Shown piece after piece: positions 8,329-17,927 of a stretch of 64,000 nt of DNA (its first letter is position 1; the number at the start of each line of letters is the position of its first letter). A program made the translations under genes and the position numbers. The DNA is from an uncultured Chloroflexia bacterium (GTDB lineage: Bacteria > Chloroflexota > Limnocylindria > Limnocylindrales > CSP1-4). The stretch lies in NCBI GenBank assembly GCA_963828165.1, contig CAWHDR010000001.1:1472001-1536000 (forward strand), written 5' to 3'. The notes under the pieces were generated by a model. That model had not been told where the DNA came from. It did no database searches and worked only from the letters and a program-made list of their open reading frames with translations.

Positions 8329-11054
8329 ACGGCTCAGAGGTCGCTATCGGATCGAGGGGCAGCGTGCTGGCGCTGGCTCAGGCGCGGCTGGTCTACGAGG
8401 CCCTGGAGCGGGAGGGCCATGCGAGCCGAGTCGTGGTCATCGAGACCGAGGGCGACCGCCGGGCGCCGGACACCGCGTGGGGCGAGGGAGCCTTCGTCGC
8501 CGCGATCGAGCGGGCGTTGCTCGATGGCGCCGTCGACGTCGCGGTCCACAGCGCGAAGGACGTACCGACCGACCAGGATCCACGGCTTTGCATCGCCGCC
8601 TACCTGGCCCGGGCGGACCCGCGTGATGCGCTCGTCGTCCGGACTGACGCGACCGAACGGAAGCTGGTCGACCTGCCGCCGGGATGTCGCGTCGGGACCG
8701 ACAGCCCGAGGCGGACGGGCTTCCTGCTGGCTCAACGGCCGGACCTCGTCGTCCATCAACTCCACGGCAACGTCGACACGCGGCTTCGCCGGCTCGATGC
8801 GGGCGAGACCGATGCGCTGGTGCTCGCGTGCGCGGGACTCGACCGGATCGGGCTCGGCGACCGGATCGCCGAGCGACTCGAGCCCGAGATCGTGCCGCCG
8901 GCTCCTGGGCAGGGTGCCATCGCCGTTCAGGTGCGGTCCGACGACGAGCGCATGCTCGCGGTGGCCGCGGCGATCGACGATCGGCGGACGCACCTGGCGG
9001 TCGATGCCGAGCGCGCCTTCCTGGCCGCGTCCGGGGGAGGCTGCCGCGCCCCGATCGGGGCCCTCGCGACGATCGTTGGCGGCGAACTGGAGCTGGTCGG
9101 GGGCTATGCCGGCCCGGACGGCGCTGGGCCGGTCTTCGCCCGCGGCCACGGTCCCGTCGCGGCCGGTGAGGATCTCGGCCGTGCGTTAGCGGCCGAGCTC
9201 GACCCGCGGACTCGCATTCGAGCGAGCGTGGGCCACGTCGATCCGGATCGGGAGTGGCCGACCGCCCCTCGCGTTCTGGTCACCCGAGCGGCCGAGCAGG
9301 CGGCCGATCTCCTGGCGGCGCTGCGAGACGCGGGCGTCGACCCCGTCCCCGTCCCGGCGATCGCGGTGGAGTTCGACGAACCGCGGGGAGACCTTGACGC
9401 CGTAGCCCGCCTCCTGCCCACATACGCGTGGGTCGTTGTCACGAGCGCAAACGGCGCCCGCGCCCTGCTCAAGGCGGCCGAGCGAGTGTTCACCGCGCTC
9501 GAGACGTCGAAGGTTGCGGCGATCGGCCCGGTTACTCGAGATGTCCTTGAGCGCGAGGGGATCGGAGTCGACTATCAGCCACTTGAAGCCAGCGCGACGG
9601 CCATGGCCGTCGGCCTCCCGTTCGATCCCGGCGATCGCCTGGTAGTCGTGCGCGGCGATCTTGCCGACGGCGAGATGGCGGCCACACTGCGGGCACGGGG
9701 GGCCCTGGTCGACGACCTGATCGCCTATCGGACGCGCGAGGCGCCGGAGCGTTCACGCGCACTCCTCAGAACCGCAGCAGCGGATGGACCGATCGCCGCC
9801 GCAGTGTTCACGAGTGGCTCGACAGTCCGAGGCCTGGTGTCGCTCGGGAATGCCACATCAGTCGACGTCCGGTCGTTCCCGGCGGTGTGCATCGGTCCCG
9901 AGACCGCTGACGAGGCCCGCGCGGCGGGTTTCCGGATCCTCGCGGTCTCCCTGACACCGGACTCGGCGGCGCTCGCCGCGACCACCGCACGGGCGCTTGG
10001 CTCTCCAGCCACAGGAGATCTCATGACACTCGACATCGAAGCACCGCCATCGCCCGGGCCGACCGCGCCTGCGACGTCGCTGCCCGTCCGACCCCGTCGG
10101 ATGCGGCGCACGCCGGCCCTGCGGGCGCTGGTCCGCGAGACCCACCTCCATCCCTCGATGCTCATCGCGCCCCTGTTCGTGCAGCCGGGCATAGGCCGCC
10201 GCGATCCGATCGGCTCAATGCCGGGTCAAGCCCGGCTCTCGCCCGATGTTGCCGCCGAGGAAGCGACGCGCCTGGCCGAGATCGGAATCGGCGGGGTCAT
10301 CCTCTTCGGCCTGCCAGGGGCGAAGGACGCGCTCGGCTCCGAGGCCTCCGACGACGACGGGATCGTCCAGGACGCGTTCCGCCGGATCCGGGCCCTCGAG
10401 CTGCCGCTCGCGACGATCGCCGACACGTGTCTATGCGAATACACCGACCACGGTCACTGCGGGCCGCTCGCTGCCGACGGATCGGTCGACAACGACGCCG
10501 CGCTCGTGCGGCTTGCCGAGACGGCCGTAGCCCAGGCGCGGGCGGGCGCCGATATCGTGGCGCCGAGCGCGATGATGGATGGCCAGGTCGGCGCAATTCG
10601 GGCGGCCCTCGACGCCGAGGGTTTCGGGCAGACCGCGATCATGGCCTACGCGTCGAAGCATGCCTCAGCCTTCTACGGCCCGTTCCGCGAAGCCGCCGAC
10701 AGCGCTCCGGCGTTCGGCGACCGGCGGGGCTACCAGATGGACCCGGCCAATGGCCGCGAGGCGCTCCGCGAGATGCAGCTCGACGTCGCCGAGGGCGCCG
10801 ACATCCTGCTCGTCAAACCGGCTCTGCCGGGACTGGACCTCATTGCTGCGGCACGGGCGCGGTTCGACGTCCCGATCGCCGCCTTCCAGGTGTCGGGCGA
10901 GTTTGCGATGTTCGCCGCCGCGGCGGAACGCGGTTGGCTGGACGGGCGGCGGGCGATGACCGAGGCGGTCACGGCGATCGTCCGGGCGGGTGCCGGGATC
11001 GTGATCACCTATGCCGCGGCGGACCTCGCGAGCTGGCTCCGGGAGGAGCGGTGA
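8325..11054 (+). CDS. hemC: Hydroxymethylbilane synthase - uroporphyrinogen-III synthase fusion (HemC-HemD), continuing in frame into HemB in this sequence
   Basis: HemC: GSRGSVLALAQA, AVHSAKD, GNVDTRL, PAPGQGA, GGCRAPIG; HemD: VLVTRA, TSANGA, FTSGSTV, CIGPETA. Confidence 0.9.
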   Translation: MNGSEVAIGSRGSVLALAQARLVYEALEREGHASRVVVIETEGDRRAPDTAWGEGAFVAAIERALLDGAVDVAVHSAKDVPTDQDPRLCIAAYLARADPRDALVVRTDATERKLVDLPPGCRVGTDSPRRTGFLLAQRPDLVVHQLHGNVDTRLRRLDAGETDALVLACAGLDRIGLGDRIAERLEPEIVPPAPGQGAIAVQVRSDDERMLAVAAAIDDRRTHLAVDAERAFLAASGGGCRAPIGALATIVGGELELVGGYAGPDGAGPVFARGHGPVAAGEDLGRALAAELDPRTRIRASVGHVDPDREWPTAPRVLVTRAAEQAADLLAALRDAGVDPVPVPAIAVEFDEPRGDLDAVARLLPTYAWVVVTSANGARALLKAAERVFTALETSKVAAIGPVTRDVLEREGIGVDYQPLEASATAMAVGLPFDPGDRLVVVRGDLADGEMAATLRARGALVDDLIAYRTREAPERSRALLRTAAADGPIAAAVFTSGSTVRGLVSLGNATSVDVRSFPAVCIGPETADEARAAGFRILAVSLTPDSAALAATTARALGSPATGDLMTLDIEAPPSPGPTAPATSLPVRPRRMRRTPALRALVRETHLHPSMLIAPLFVQPGIGRRDPIGSMPGQARLSPDVAAEEATRLAEIGIGGVILFGLPGAKDALGSEASDDDGIVQDAFRRIRALELPLATIADTCLCEYTDHGHCGPLAADGSVDNDAALVRLAETAVAQARAGADIVAPSAMMDGQVGAIRAALDAEGFGQTAIMAYASKHASAFYGPFREAADSAPAFGDRRGYQMDPANGREALREMQLDVAEGADILLVKPALPGLDLIAAARARFDVPIAAFQVSGEFAMFAAAAERGWLDGRRAMTEAVTAIVRAGAGIVITYAAADLASWLREER
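10023..11054 (+). CDS. hemB: Porphobilinogen synthase (Zn-type) with its own SD and ATG
   Basis: RPRRMR, DTCLCEYTDHGHCG, APSAMMDG, FYGPFREA, YQMDPAN, LVKPA; AGGAG upstream of ATG 10023. Confidence 0.92.
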   Translation: MTLDIEAPPSPGPTAPATSLPVRPRRMRRTPALRALVRETHLHPSMLIAPLFVQPGIGRRDPIGSMPGQARLSPDVAAEEATRLAEIGIGGVILFGLPGAKDALGSEASDDDGIVQDAFRRIRALELPLATIADTCLCEYTDHGHCGPLAADGSVDNDAALVRLAETAVAQARAGADIVAPSAMMDGQVGAIRAALDAEGFGQTAIMAYASKHASAFYGPFREAADSAPAFGDRRGYQMDPANGREALREMQLDVAEGADILLVKPALPGLDLIAAARARFDVPIAAFQVSGEFAMFAAAAERGWLDGRRAMTEAVTAIVRAGAGIVITYAAADLASWLREER

Positions 11055-11740
11055 GCGCCGACGAGCAACTCTACATCCAGGCCCTCGGCCTCGGGCTCGA
11101 TCCGGCCTGGCGGCGCCGGACGGACGAGGAACGTCACGACGATGGCTCCCACTTCGGCGAGGCGGTCGCGTCGACCGAGCTCGTCGGGGTGCGGAATATC
11201 AGCTACTCGTCGATCGGCATAGAGCCCGGGGTCGACCTGCTGTTCTGGCGGATGGCTCCGAGTATCGACGCCCTGGAGTCGTCGGCGGCCGCCCTCCTGC
11301 GCGCCGGCCTGGGCCGCTGGCTGACCGTGACCTACTCGCTCATCGGCCGGATCGGACCGTCGCAGTACGTGCGCAAGCCGACCGACCAGGATCAGTCGCT
11401 CTTCAGCGGCGAGCGCTCCCGCTACCTCGTCGTGTATCCGTTCACGAAGAGCACCGACTGGTACCTCCTCTCGAAGGATGCCCGCCAGGGGGTGATGAAC
11501 GAGCACATGCGGGTCGGCCACGACTACCCGACGATCCGCCAGGCCCTGGCGTACTCGTTCGGGCTCGACTCGCAGGACTTCGTCGTTGCCTACGAAACTG
11601 ATGACCTCGTCGCGTTCGGTGACCTGGTCCGGGCGCTCCGTTCGACAGAGAGCCGGCGGTCGACAGTCAGCGACACCCCGATCCTTCTCGGCGTCCATCG
11701 TCCGATCGACGAGATCCTCAGCCTGCTGGGGGCCGGCTGA
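11051..11740 (+). CDS. hemQ: Coproheme decarboxylase (chlorite dismutase family)
   Basis: VYPFTKSTDWYLL, EHMRVG, SFGLDSQDFVVAYETD; position in hem operon. Confidence 0.85.
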   Translation: MSADEQLYIQALGLGLDPAWRRRTDEERHDDGSHFGEAVASTELVGVRNISYSSIGIEPGVDLLFWRMAPSIDALESSAAALLRAGLGRWLTVTYSLIGRIGPSQYVRKPTDQDQSLFSGERSRYLVVYPFTKSTDWYLLSKDARQGVMNEHMRVGHDYPTIRQALAYSFGLDSQDFVVAYETDDLVAFGDLVRALRSTESRRSTVSDTPILLGVHRPIDEILSLLGAG

Positions 11741-13038
11741 TGGCCGGCACAGCCGCGGGTACCCGGACCGCCTCACTCGTCGAGCGGGCCGAACGGCTGT
11801 TCCCGGGCGGTGTCAACAGCCCCGTGCGCGCATTCCGCGCCATCGGCCGGCCACCGCTCGTCCTCGAGCGCGGCGAAGGACCGTACGTCTGGGATGCCGA
11901 CGGTCGCCGTTATCTCGACTTCGTCGGAGCATGGGGGCCGGCGATCCTCGGCCACGCCCACCCCAAGGTCATCGACGCGATCGTCGCCGCCGCGGCGAAT
12001 GGTTTGGCCCTCGGTGCCACGAATCCGCTCGAGATCGAGCTCGGCGAGGCGATCCAAGCGGCCATGCCGTCGATGGAGCGTCTCCGCTTCACGTCGTCGG
12101 GCACCGAGGCGGTGATGAGCGCGTTGCGGTTGGCGCGGGCGGCGACTGGTCGGGATCTCGTGGTGAAGTTCGCGGGCGCCTATCACGGGCACTCGGACAG
12201 CCTCCTCGTGGAGGCCGGCTCCGGAGTCGCCACCCTGGCGATCGCGGGTAGCGCCGGCGTGCCCGATGCGGTCGCCGCCACGACGATCGTGCTGCCGTAC
12301 AACGACCCTGCATCGGTCACGCTGGCCTTCGCCGACCATGCCGGCCGGATCGCGGCGGTGATCGTCGAGCCGGTGGCAGCGAACAGCGGGGTCATCCCGC
12401 CGGCACCGGGGTTTCTCGAGCACCTGCGGGAGACGACCGATGCGGACGGCGCCCTCCTTGTGTTCGATGAGGTCATCACCGGCTTCCGTGTCGAGCGCGG
12501 CGGCGCGCAGGCGCGGTTCGGTATCGAGCCGGACCTGAGCACGCTGGGCAAGGTCATCGGTGGCGGGATGCCGATCGGTGCCTACGGTGGCCGGGCCGAC
12601 CTCATGGAGCTCGTCGCACCGGCGGGTCCCGTCTACCAGGCGGGCACCCTGTCGGGCCATCCGCTGTCGATGGCCGCCGGGATCGCCACCCTGGCGGAGC
12701 TGACGCCCGATCGCTACGTCGCCCTCGAGGAGTCCGTCTCCGAGCTCGCGGCTGGCCTGGCCGATGCCGCGACGGCTGCGCAAGGCCCGGTCGCGGTCGC
12801 GAGGGTGGGCCCACTCCTGACGGTCTTCTTCCGACCGAGCGTGCCGACCGATGCCGCCGAAGCTCTCACCGCGGACCGCGCGGCGTATGCCCGCTTCTTC
12901 GGCTCGATGCTGGATCAGGGCGTCTGCTTGCCGCCGTCCCAGTTCGAGGCTTGGTTCCCATCGATGGCGCACGGCCGGGCCGAGATCGACGAGACGATCG
13001 CGGCAGCCCGAGTCGCGTTCGGCGAGGGTGCCGCATGA
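11740..13038 (+). CDS. hemL: Glutamate-1-semialdehyde 2,1-aminomutase
   Basis: PGGVNSPVRAF, SGTEAVM, FDEVITGFR, GKVIGGGMP, YQAGTLSG. Confidence 0.95.
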   Translation: MAGTAAGTRTASLVERAERLFPGGVNSPVRAFRAIGRPPLVLERGEGPYVWDADGRRYLDFVGAWGPAILGHAHPKVIDAIVAAAANGLALGATNPLEIELGEAIQAAMPSMERLRFTSSGTEAVMSALRLARAATGRDLVVKFAGAYHGHSDSLLVEAGSGVATLAIAGSAGVPDAVAATTIVLPYNDPASVTLAFADHAGRIAAVIVEPVAANSGVIPPAPGFLEHLRETTDADGALLVFDEVITGFRVERGGAQARFGIEPDLSTLGKVIGGGMPIGAYGGRADLMELVAPAGPVYQAGTLSGHPLSMAAGIATLAELTPDRYVALEESVSELAAGLADAATAAQGPVAVARVGPLLTVFFRPSVPTDAAEALTADRAAYARFFGSMLDQGVCLPPSQFEAWFPSMAHGRAEIDETIAAARVAFGEGAA

Positions 13039-14081
13039 GCGACCGCTTCGTGCGCGCCTGTCGGCTCGAGCCGGTCGACGCGACACCGATCTGGTTCATG
13101 CGCCAGGCCGGCCGCTCCTTCGCCGCCTACCGGAAGCTCCGCGAGCGCTACGGGATCCTGGAGCTCGCCAAGAACCCCGAGCTTTGCGCCGAGGTCACGT
13201 TGATGCCGGTTCGAGAGCTGGGGGTCGACGCGGCCGTCCTCTTCGCCGACATCATGCTGCCGCTCGAGCCGATGGGGGTCGGTCTCCGGATCGAGCCGGA
13301 GGTCGGGCCGATCATCAACCGACCGATCCGCTCGGCGGCCGACGTCGCCGCGCTCGGACCGTTCGACTCCGCCGAGGTGTCGTTCACCCTCGACGCCATC
13401 CGCCTGGTCAGGGGCGAGCTCGACGGCGCGGCCGGCGTCATCGGCTTCTCGGGTGCGCCGTTCACCCTCGCCTGCTACCTCATCGAGGGCCGCCCGTCGC
13501 GAGACTTCGCAACGGCCAAGGCCTTCATGTACCGCGAGCCGACGGCCTGGCATGACCTGATGGAGCGGCTGTCGACCATGGTCGTCGCGTATCTCCGTGC
13601 ACAGGTCGATGCCGGCGCCGACGTCGTCCAGTTGTTCGACAGCTGGGTCGGCGGGCTCGGCCCGGCGGACTACCGGGAGTTCGTCCAGCCCCATGTCGCG
13701 CGGATCTTCGCGGCTGTCCGCGATGTGCCGACGATCCATTTCGGGACCGGCACGGCGGCGCTGCTCGAACTCCTGGCCGAGGCCGGCGGTGACGTCATCG
13801 GGCTCGACCACCGGGTCTCGCTGGCCGACGCCTGGCGGCTCGTCGGCCATGATCGCGGCGTCCAGGGCAACCTCGATTCGGCCCGCCTGCTCGCGGGCTG
13901 GGAGGCGACGCGTCAGGGCGCTCTGGCCGTCCTCGACGAGGCGGCCGGTCGGCCCGGCCACGTGTTCAACCTCGGCCACGGCGTGCTGCCCGCGACCGAC
14001 ACGGACCTGCTGCGCCGGCTCGTTGCCCTGGTCCACGAGCAAACTGCTCGGACCGATCTCGTCACCGAGGTCGTCGCGTGA
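13035..14081 (+). CDS. hemE: Uroporphyrinogen decarboxylase
   Basis: PIWFMRQAGR, GAPFTLACY, QLFDSW, QGNLD, FNLGHG. Confidence 0.95.
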   Translation: MSDRFVRACRLEPVDATPIWFMRQAGRSFAAYRKLRERYGILELAKNPELCAEVTLMPVRELGVDAAVLFADIMLPLEPMGVGLRIEPEVGPIINRPIRSAADVAALGPFDSAEVSFTLDAIRLVRGELDGAAGVIGFSGAPFTLACYLIEGRPSRDFATAKAFMYREPTAWHDLMERLSTMVVAYLRAQVDAGADVVQLFDSWVGGLGPADYREFVQPHVARIFAAVRDVPTIHFGTGTAALLELLAEAGGDVIGLDHRVSLADAWRLVGHDRGVQGNLDSARLLAGWEATRQGALAVLDEAAGRPGHVFNLGHGVLPATDTDLLRRLVALVHEQTARTDLVTEVVA

Positions 14082-15034
14082 GCGGCTCGGATCGGCCCGG
14101 CGTGCTGCTCATGACCTACGGCTCGCCGGCCTCGCTTGAGCGCAAGGACATCCGGGAGTACCTCGCTCGCGTCCGTGGGGGACGGGAGCCGGATCCGGAC
14201 CTCGTCGACGAGTTCACCCGACGCTACCGGGTCATCGGTGGCTCGCCGCTGATCGAGATTACTCGCGCTCAGGCCAGCGCCGTCGCGGGTGCGCTCGGTT
14301 GGCCCGTCCAAATCGGCATGCGCTTCTCCGAACCATCGATCCTTGCGGGGCTGTCGGCGCTCGCGGAGGCCGGCGTCTCGAAGGTCGCTGCGATCATCCT
14401 CTCGCCGCAGTACTCACCGCTCTTGATGAGCGGCTACGTCCGGGCGATCGATGACGCGCGCGCGACGCTGGGCGATGGAGCGCCGGACGTCGTCGTCGCC
14501 AGTGCGTGGCACGACGAATCAGCGTTCGTCGCCGCGCTCGCGGGTCGCGTCGTCGATGCGCTCGCCCGGCTGTCACCCGAAGACCGCGTGACGGTCCACG
14601 TCCTGATGACCGCGCACAGCCTGCCAAAGCGGGTAGCCGAGCAGGAGCCGGACTACCTTGGACAGCTGCGGGCGACCGCCGAGGCCGTTGCCGTGAATGC
14701 TGGGCTGTCGGATCGGCACTGGACCTTCTGCTGGCAGAGTGCCGGCCATGAGCCCGGCGAATGGATGAAGCCCGATTTCGCGGACCTGATGCCGGAGATC
14801 GCCGCCCAAGGCGGGCGCTCGGTGCTCGTCGTCCCCGTGCAGTTCCTCGCGGACCACCTCGAGATCCTCTACGACGTCGACGTCGGGGCCCGAGAGCAGG
14901 CTGAGCGACGCGGCTTGAGCTTCCTGCGAATCGCGTCGCTCAATGCCGATGCTGACCTGGTCGAGGCGCTGGCCGCTGTGGTGCGTCGGACGCTGAAAAC
15001 GGGCGACCCGGCCGTCCTGGCCCAGCCATCCTGA
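14078..15034 (+). CDS. hemH: Ferrochelatase (coproporphyrin ferrochelatase CpfC by context)
   Basis: LLMTYGSP, GGSPL, PQYS, TAHSLP, QSAG..WMKP, DHLEILYDVD. Confidence 0.93.
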   Translation: MSGSDRPGVLLMTYGSPASLERKDIREYLARVRGGREPDPDLVDEFTRRYRVIGGSPLIEITRAQASAVAGALGWPVQIGMRFSEPSILAGLSALAEAGVSKVAAIILSPQYSPLLMSGYVRAIDDARATLGDGAPDVVVASAWHDESAFVAALAGRVVDALARLSPEDRVTVHVLMTAHSLPKRVAEQEPDYLGQLRATAEAVAVNAGLSDRHWTFCWQSAGHEPGEWMKPDFADLMPEIAAQGGRSVLVVPVQFLADHLEILYDVDVGAREQAERRGLSFLRIASLNADADLVEALAAVVRRTLKTGDPAVLAQPS

Positions 15035-15447
15035 GCGTGATCGGGAGAGCCCAGTCGGCATGGAGTTGAGCTTGGATCGGACCCGCGCGCCTGATAGGTG
15101 ATCAAGCGATCAAGGCCGCAACCTGCTGCGTCCGATGACAGCAGGTCTAGCGGGCTCTGACTGTGGATCCTCGGCTTCGCCGTGATGCTCGGCGAGCGCC
15201 GGACGTTGAGGTCTGACCCCGCAGAATTGCTCAGTCGGCAGTCTTCAGCGTCGTGGCACTTGGGTTGTGACGAGATTCGCGGCCACACCGGCTCATCCTG
15301 CTGTTACGAACCAGATGGTTCGTACGATCAAGCGCCGAGGCGCGATCGATCTGTCATCCGACGGTCACCGGCTCGTCACGCGCAGCGCCCAACCTTGTCC
15401 GCCAGCGGCGCCCACCTTCCAGGGCGCCCTAGACGGAGGACTGCGCC

Positions 15448-15828
15448 ATGCGCAAGCTCGTCGGGCTGGCTTTTGCCGGTCTGCTCGCATTGACCATCGC
15501 CGCTCCAGCGACCGCGAAGGCGTTCGGCACGATCTACGTGGACGACGTGGCGTACCGAACGTTCGCGAACCCGGCGAACGTGCCCGCCGGGACCGGTCGC
15601 GACCCGATCGCATCCTTCACCAACTTCGAGCAGGGCGGCGTCGCCCAGTTCGCTCCCGGTCGCGGATCGCATGGTGGCCGCTGGCAGGTCTGGACGGCGA
15701 CCTGGACCGACCTGGCGGACGCCCGCCTCCTCACATCGTGGGATGCCGTCATGGCGGAGGTCGACGCAGGCAACCTGACGTTGACGCGAGCACCTGAGGC
15801 GGACTTCCGCTGTCCCATCCTCCCGTAG
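15448..15828 (+). CDS. Small secreted protein
   Basis: GGAGG SD, signal peptide MRKLVGLAFAGLLALTIAAPATA, C-terminal FRCPIL. Confidence 0.75.
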   Translation: MRKLVGLAFAGLLALTIAAPATAKAFGTIYVDDVAYRTFANPANVPAGTGRDPIASFTNFEQGGVAQFAPGRGSHGGRWQVWTATWTDLADARLLTSWDAVMAEVDAGNLTLTRAPEADFRCPILP

Positions 15829-16173
15829 ACCATTCGGGTCTCACGGCCGCCGGATGATGTGACCGGTGGCCGTTGAGGCCGGCCGTCCGGCAGACGCCCA
15901 CCAACGGTGGGAGGTCTCGGTGGTGACCCTTCACAAACGATTTGCGGAATCGGGAGCCATGTACACACGGCCGAGTTGACGATGGCAGTACCGCCCCCGG
16001 ATCCTCGCTAAGGCAACTATCCAGAAGTAGGGACGTGTACGGCGTCGCTCGACGTCATACCGCGGACATCGTCCTGTCACATTGCGGTGGCAGGCTCGAC
16101 TCCGGATCTGCGCCCATCGCCTGGACGCGAGCAAGATCAGGCCCGGGTTGATCGGAAGGGAAGCGGGCAGCTG

Positions 16174-17238
16174 ATGAAGCGAACTTTGGCCCTCGCGGCG
16201 GTCGCCCTTGCGGTCGCCCTTGGCTCGATTCCGAGTGCCCTCGCGGCCAACGGGACCGCTGGCACCTGGACCCCCACAGGCAGCATGGCCGTCCCCCGCG
16301 CCGACGTGACGGCGACGCGGCTCGCTAGCGGCCGCGTCCTCGTGGTCGGCGGCGTCAACGAGCCCACGACCGAGCTGTATGACCCGGCAACCGGCGCCTG
16401 GCTCTCTGGCGGGACCCTGAACCAGCCGCGCTGGCTGCACGCCGCCACGGGCCTGGCCGACGGGCGGGTGCTCGTTGCCGGCGGCGGCGCCTACACCTCC
16501 ACAGCCGAGCTCTATGACCCGGCTACGAACCGGTGGACGTCGACCGGGAGCATGAGCGTCGACCGCTACGGGTTCACGGCGACACTGCTCCGCGATGGTC
16601 GGGTGCTGGTCGTTGGCGGGTTCTCGCTCAGTGGCACGCAGGCGACCGCCGAGCTCTTCGATCCGGCGACCGGTCGCTGGACCCGGACTGCGAGCCTCCG
16701 GGCGGCACGCCGGAACCACACCGCAACCCTGTTGCCGGATGGCCGGGTCCTGGTCGCGGGAGGCTTCAGCTCCGCTGGCTGGCTGCGCAGCGCCGAGGTG
16801 TTCGACCCCAGCCGCGGTCGGTGGACTCGAGCGGCGGACTTGACGACCGCTCGGGAGCACGCCACGGGGACCCTGCTCGGCAACGGGCGGGTGCTCGTGG
16901 CCGGCGGCGGCAACCCGAGCGCGACACGGTCGGCCGAGCTCTATGACCCGGCCTCGAACCGATGGACCCCGACGGGCAGCATGACTGGCTATGGCGGCAC
17001 CGCGGTCCTCCTCGCCGACGGCCGCGTCCTCAACGCCGGCAGCGGCACCGGCGACGTCTACGCACCCGCCACCGGCACCTGGACCCCGAGCGGCCCGATG
17101 GTCTTCCCCTACGCTTCCGCCGGCGCGGCCCTGCTCGCCAGCGGGCAAGTCCTCTACGTCGGCGGCACCAAGGTCAAGTACTGCGGCCAATACTCCTGTG
17201 ACGAGCCAGTTGCTGATGCCGAGCTCTACACCCCGTAG
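16174..17238 (+). CDS. Secreted Kelch-repeat beta-propeller protein
   Basis: Signal peptide; repeated HTATLLxDGRVLVAGG...AELYDPATxxW. Confidence 0.92.
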   Translation: MKRTLALAAVALAVALGSIPSALAANGTAGTWTPTGSMAVPRADVTATRLASGRVLVVGGVNEPTTELYDPATGAWLSGGTLNQPRWLHAATGLADGRVLVAGGGAYTSTAELYDPATNRWTSTGSMSVDRYGFTATLLRDGRVLVVGGFSLSGTQATAELFDPATGRWTRTASLRAARRNHTATLLPDGRVLVAGGFSSAGWLRSAEVFDPSRGRWTRAADLTTAREHATGTLLGNGRVLVAGGGNPSATRSAELYDPASNRWTPTGSMTGYGGTAVLLADGRVLNAGSGTGDVYAPATGTWTPSGPMVFPYASAGAALLASGQVLYVGGTKVKYCGQYSCDEPVADAELYTP

Positions 17239-17299
17239 CGGCCGATATCCGGCTCAGCCGTCCGCGCCGCGCGTGGGCGGACGGGATCACGCGGCCGCC

Positions 17300-17908
17300 T
17301 TGTCCGGCGGAACACGAAGAGCCGCGCGTTGGGCCCTGGTGGCTGCACTCGTCGCCGCCTGTGCGGGCCCGATCTCGACGCCGTCATCGGTCCGGGTCGA
17401 GTCCTCGGCCGCTCCATCGCGGTCCGCCGAGCCTGGCGAGGGGAGCCCTGCCGCGCCCTCGATTATCGACGCCGCATGGGCCCGGACCGATCTGACCGAT
17501 GTCGCAACGGGCGAGTCGTTCCGGATCGCCGACCTCGGTGGCCGCGTCGTCATCGTCGAGCCGATGGCGATCTGGTGCGTCAAGTGCCTGGCGCAGCAGC
17601 GCGAGGTGTATGCGGCGCTGGCCGAGCTCGACCCGGAGCTCGTCTCGTACATTCTCATCGACGTGGATCCGAATGAGACCGCCCCGGCGCTCGCGGAGTA
17701 TCGCTCGCGGAACGGGTTCACAGGCACATACGTTGTCGCCGGCAGCGAGACGGCCCGGGCGCTGGCCGCCGACTTCGGTGACCAGGTGCTCAACCCGCCG
17801 AGCACGCCGATGATCCTCATCGGCACCGACGGACGGATCACCATGACCGATCTCGGGCACAAGTCGGCTGGTGTCGTCGCGGAGCTCGCCCGCGACCACG
17901 GCGCGTAG
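17300..17908 (+). CDS. Thioredoxin-like (TlpA/ResA-type) lipoprotein; start uncertain
   Basis: Lipobox-like AACA, WCVKC active site, TPMILI cis-Pro motif. Confidence 0.8.
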   Translation: MSGGTRRAARWALVAALVAACAGPISTPSSVRVESSAAPSRSAEPGEGSPAAPSIIDAAWARTDLTDVATGESFRIADLGGRVVIVEPMAIWCVKCLAQQREVYAALAELDPELVSYILIDVDPNETAPALAEYRSRNGFTGTYVVAGSETARALAADFGDQVLNPPSTPMILIGTDGRITMTDLGHKSAGVVAELARDHGA

Positions 17909-17927
17909 GCCCTCAGGTCCGCCCGGC

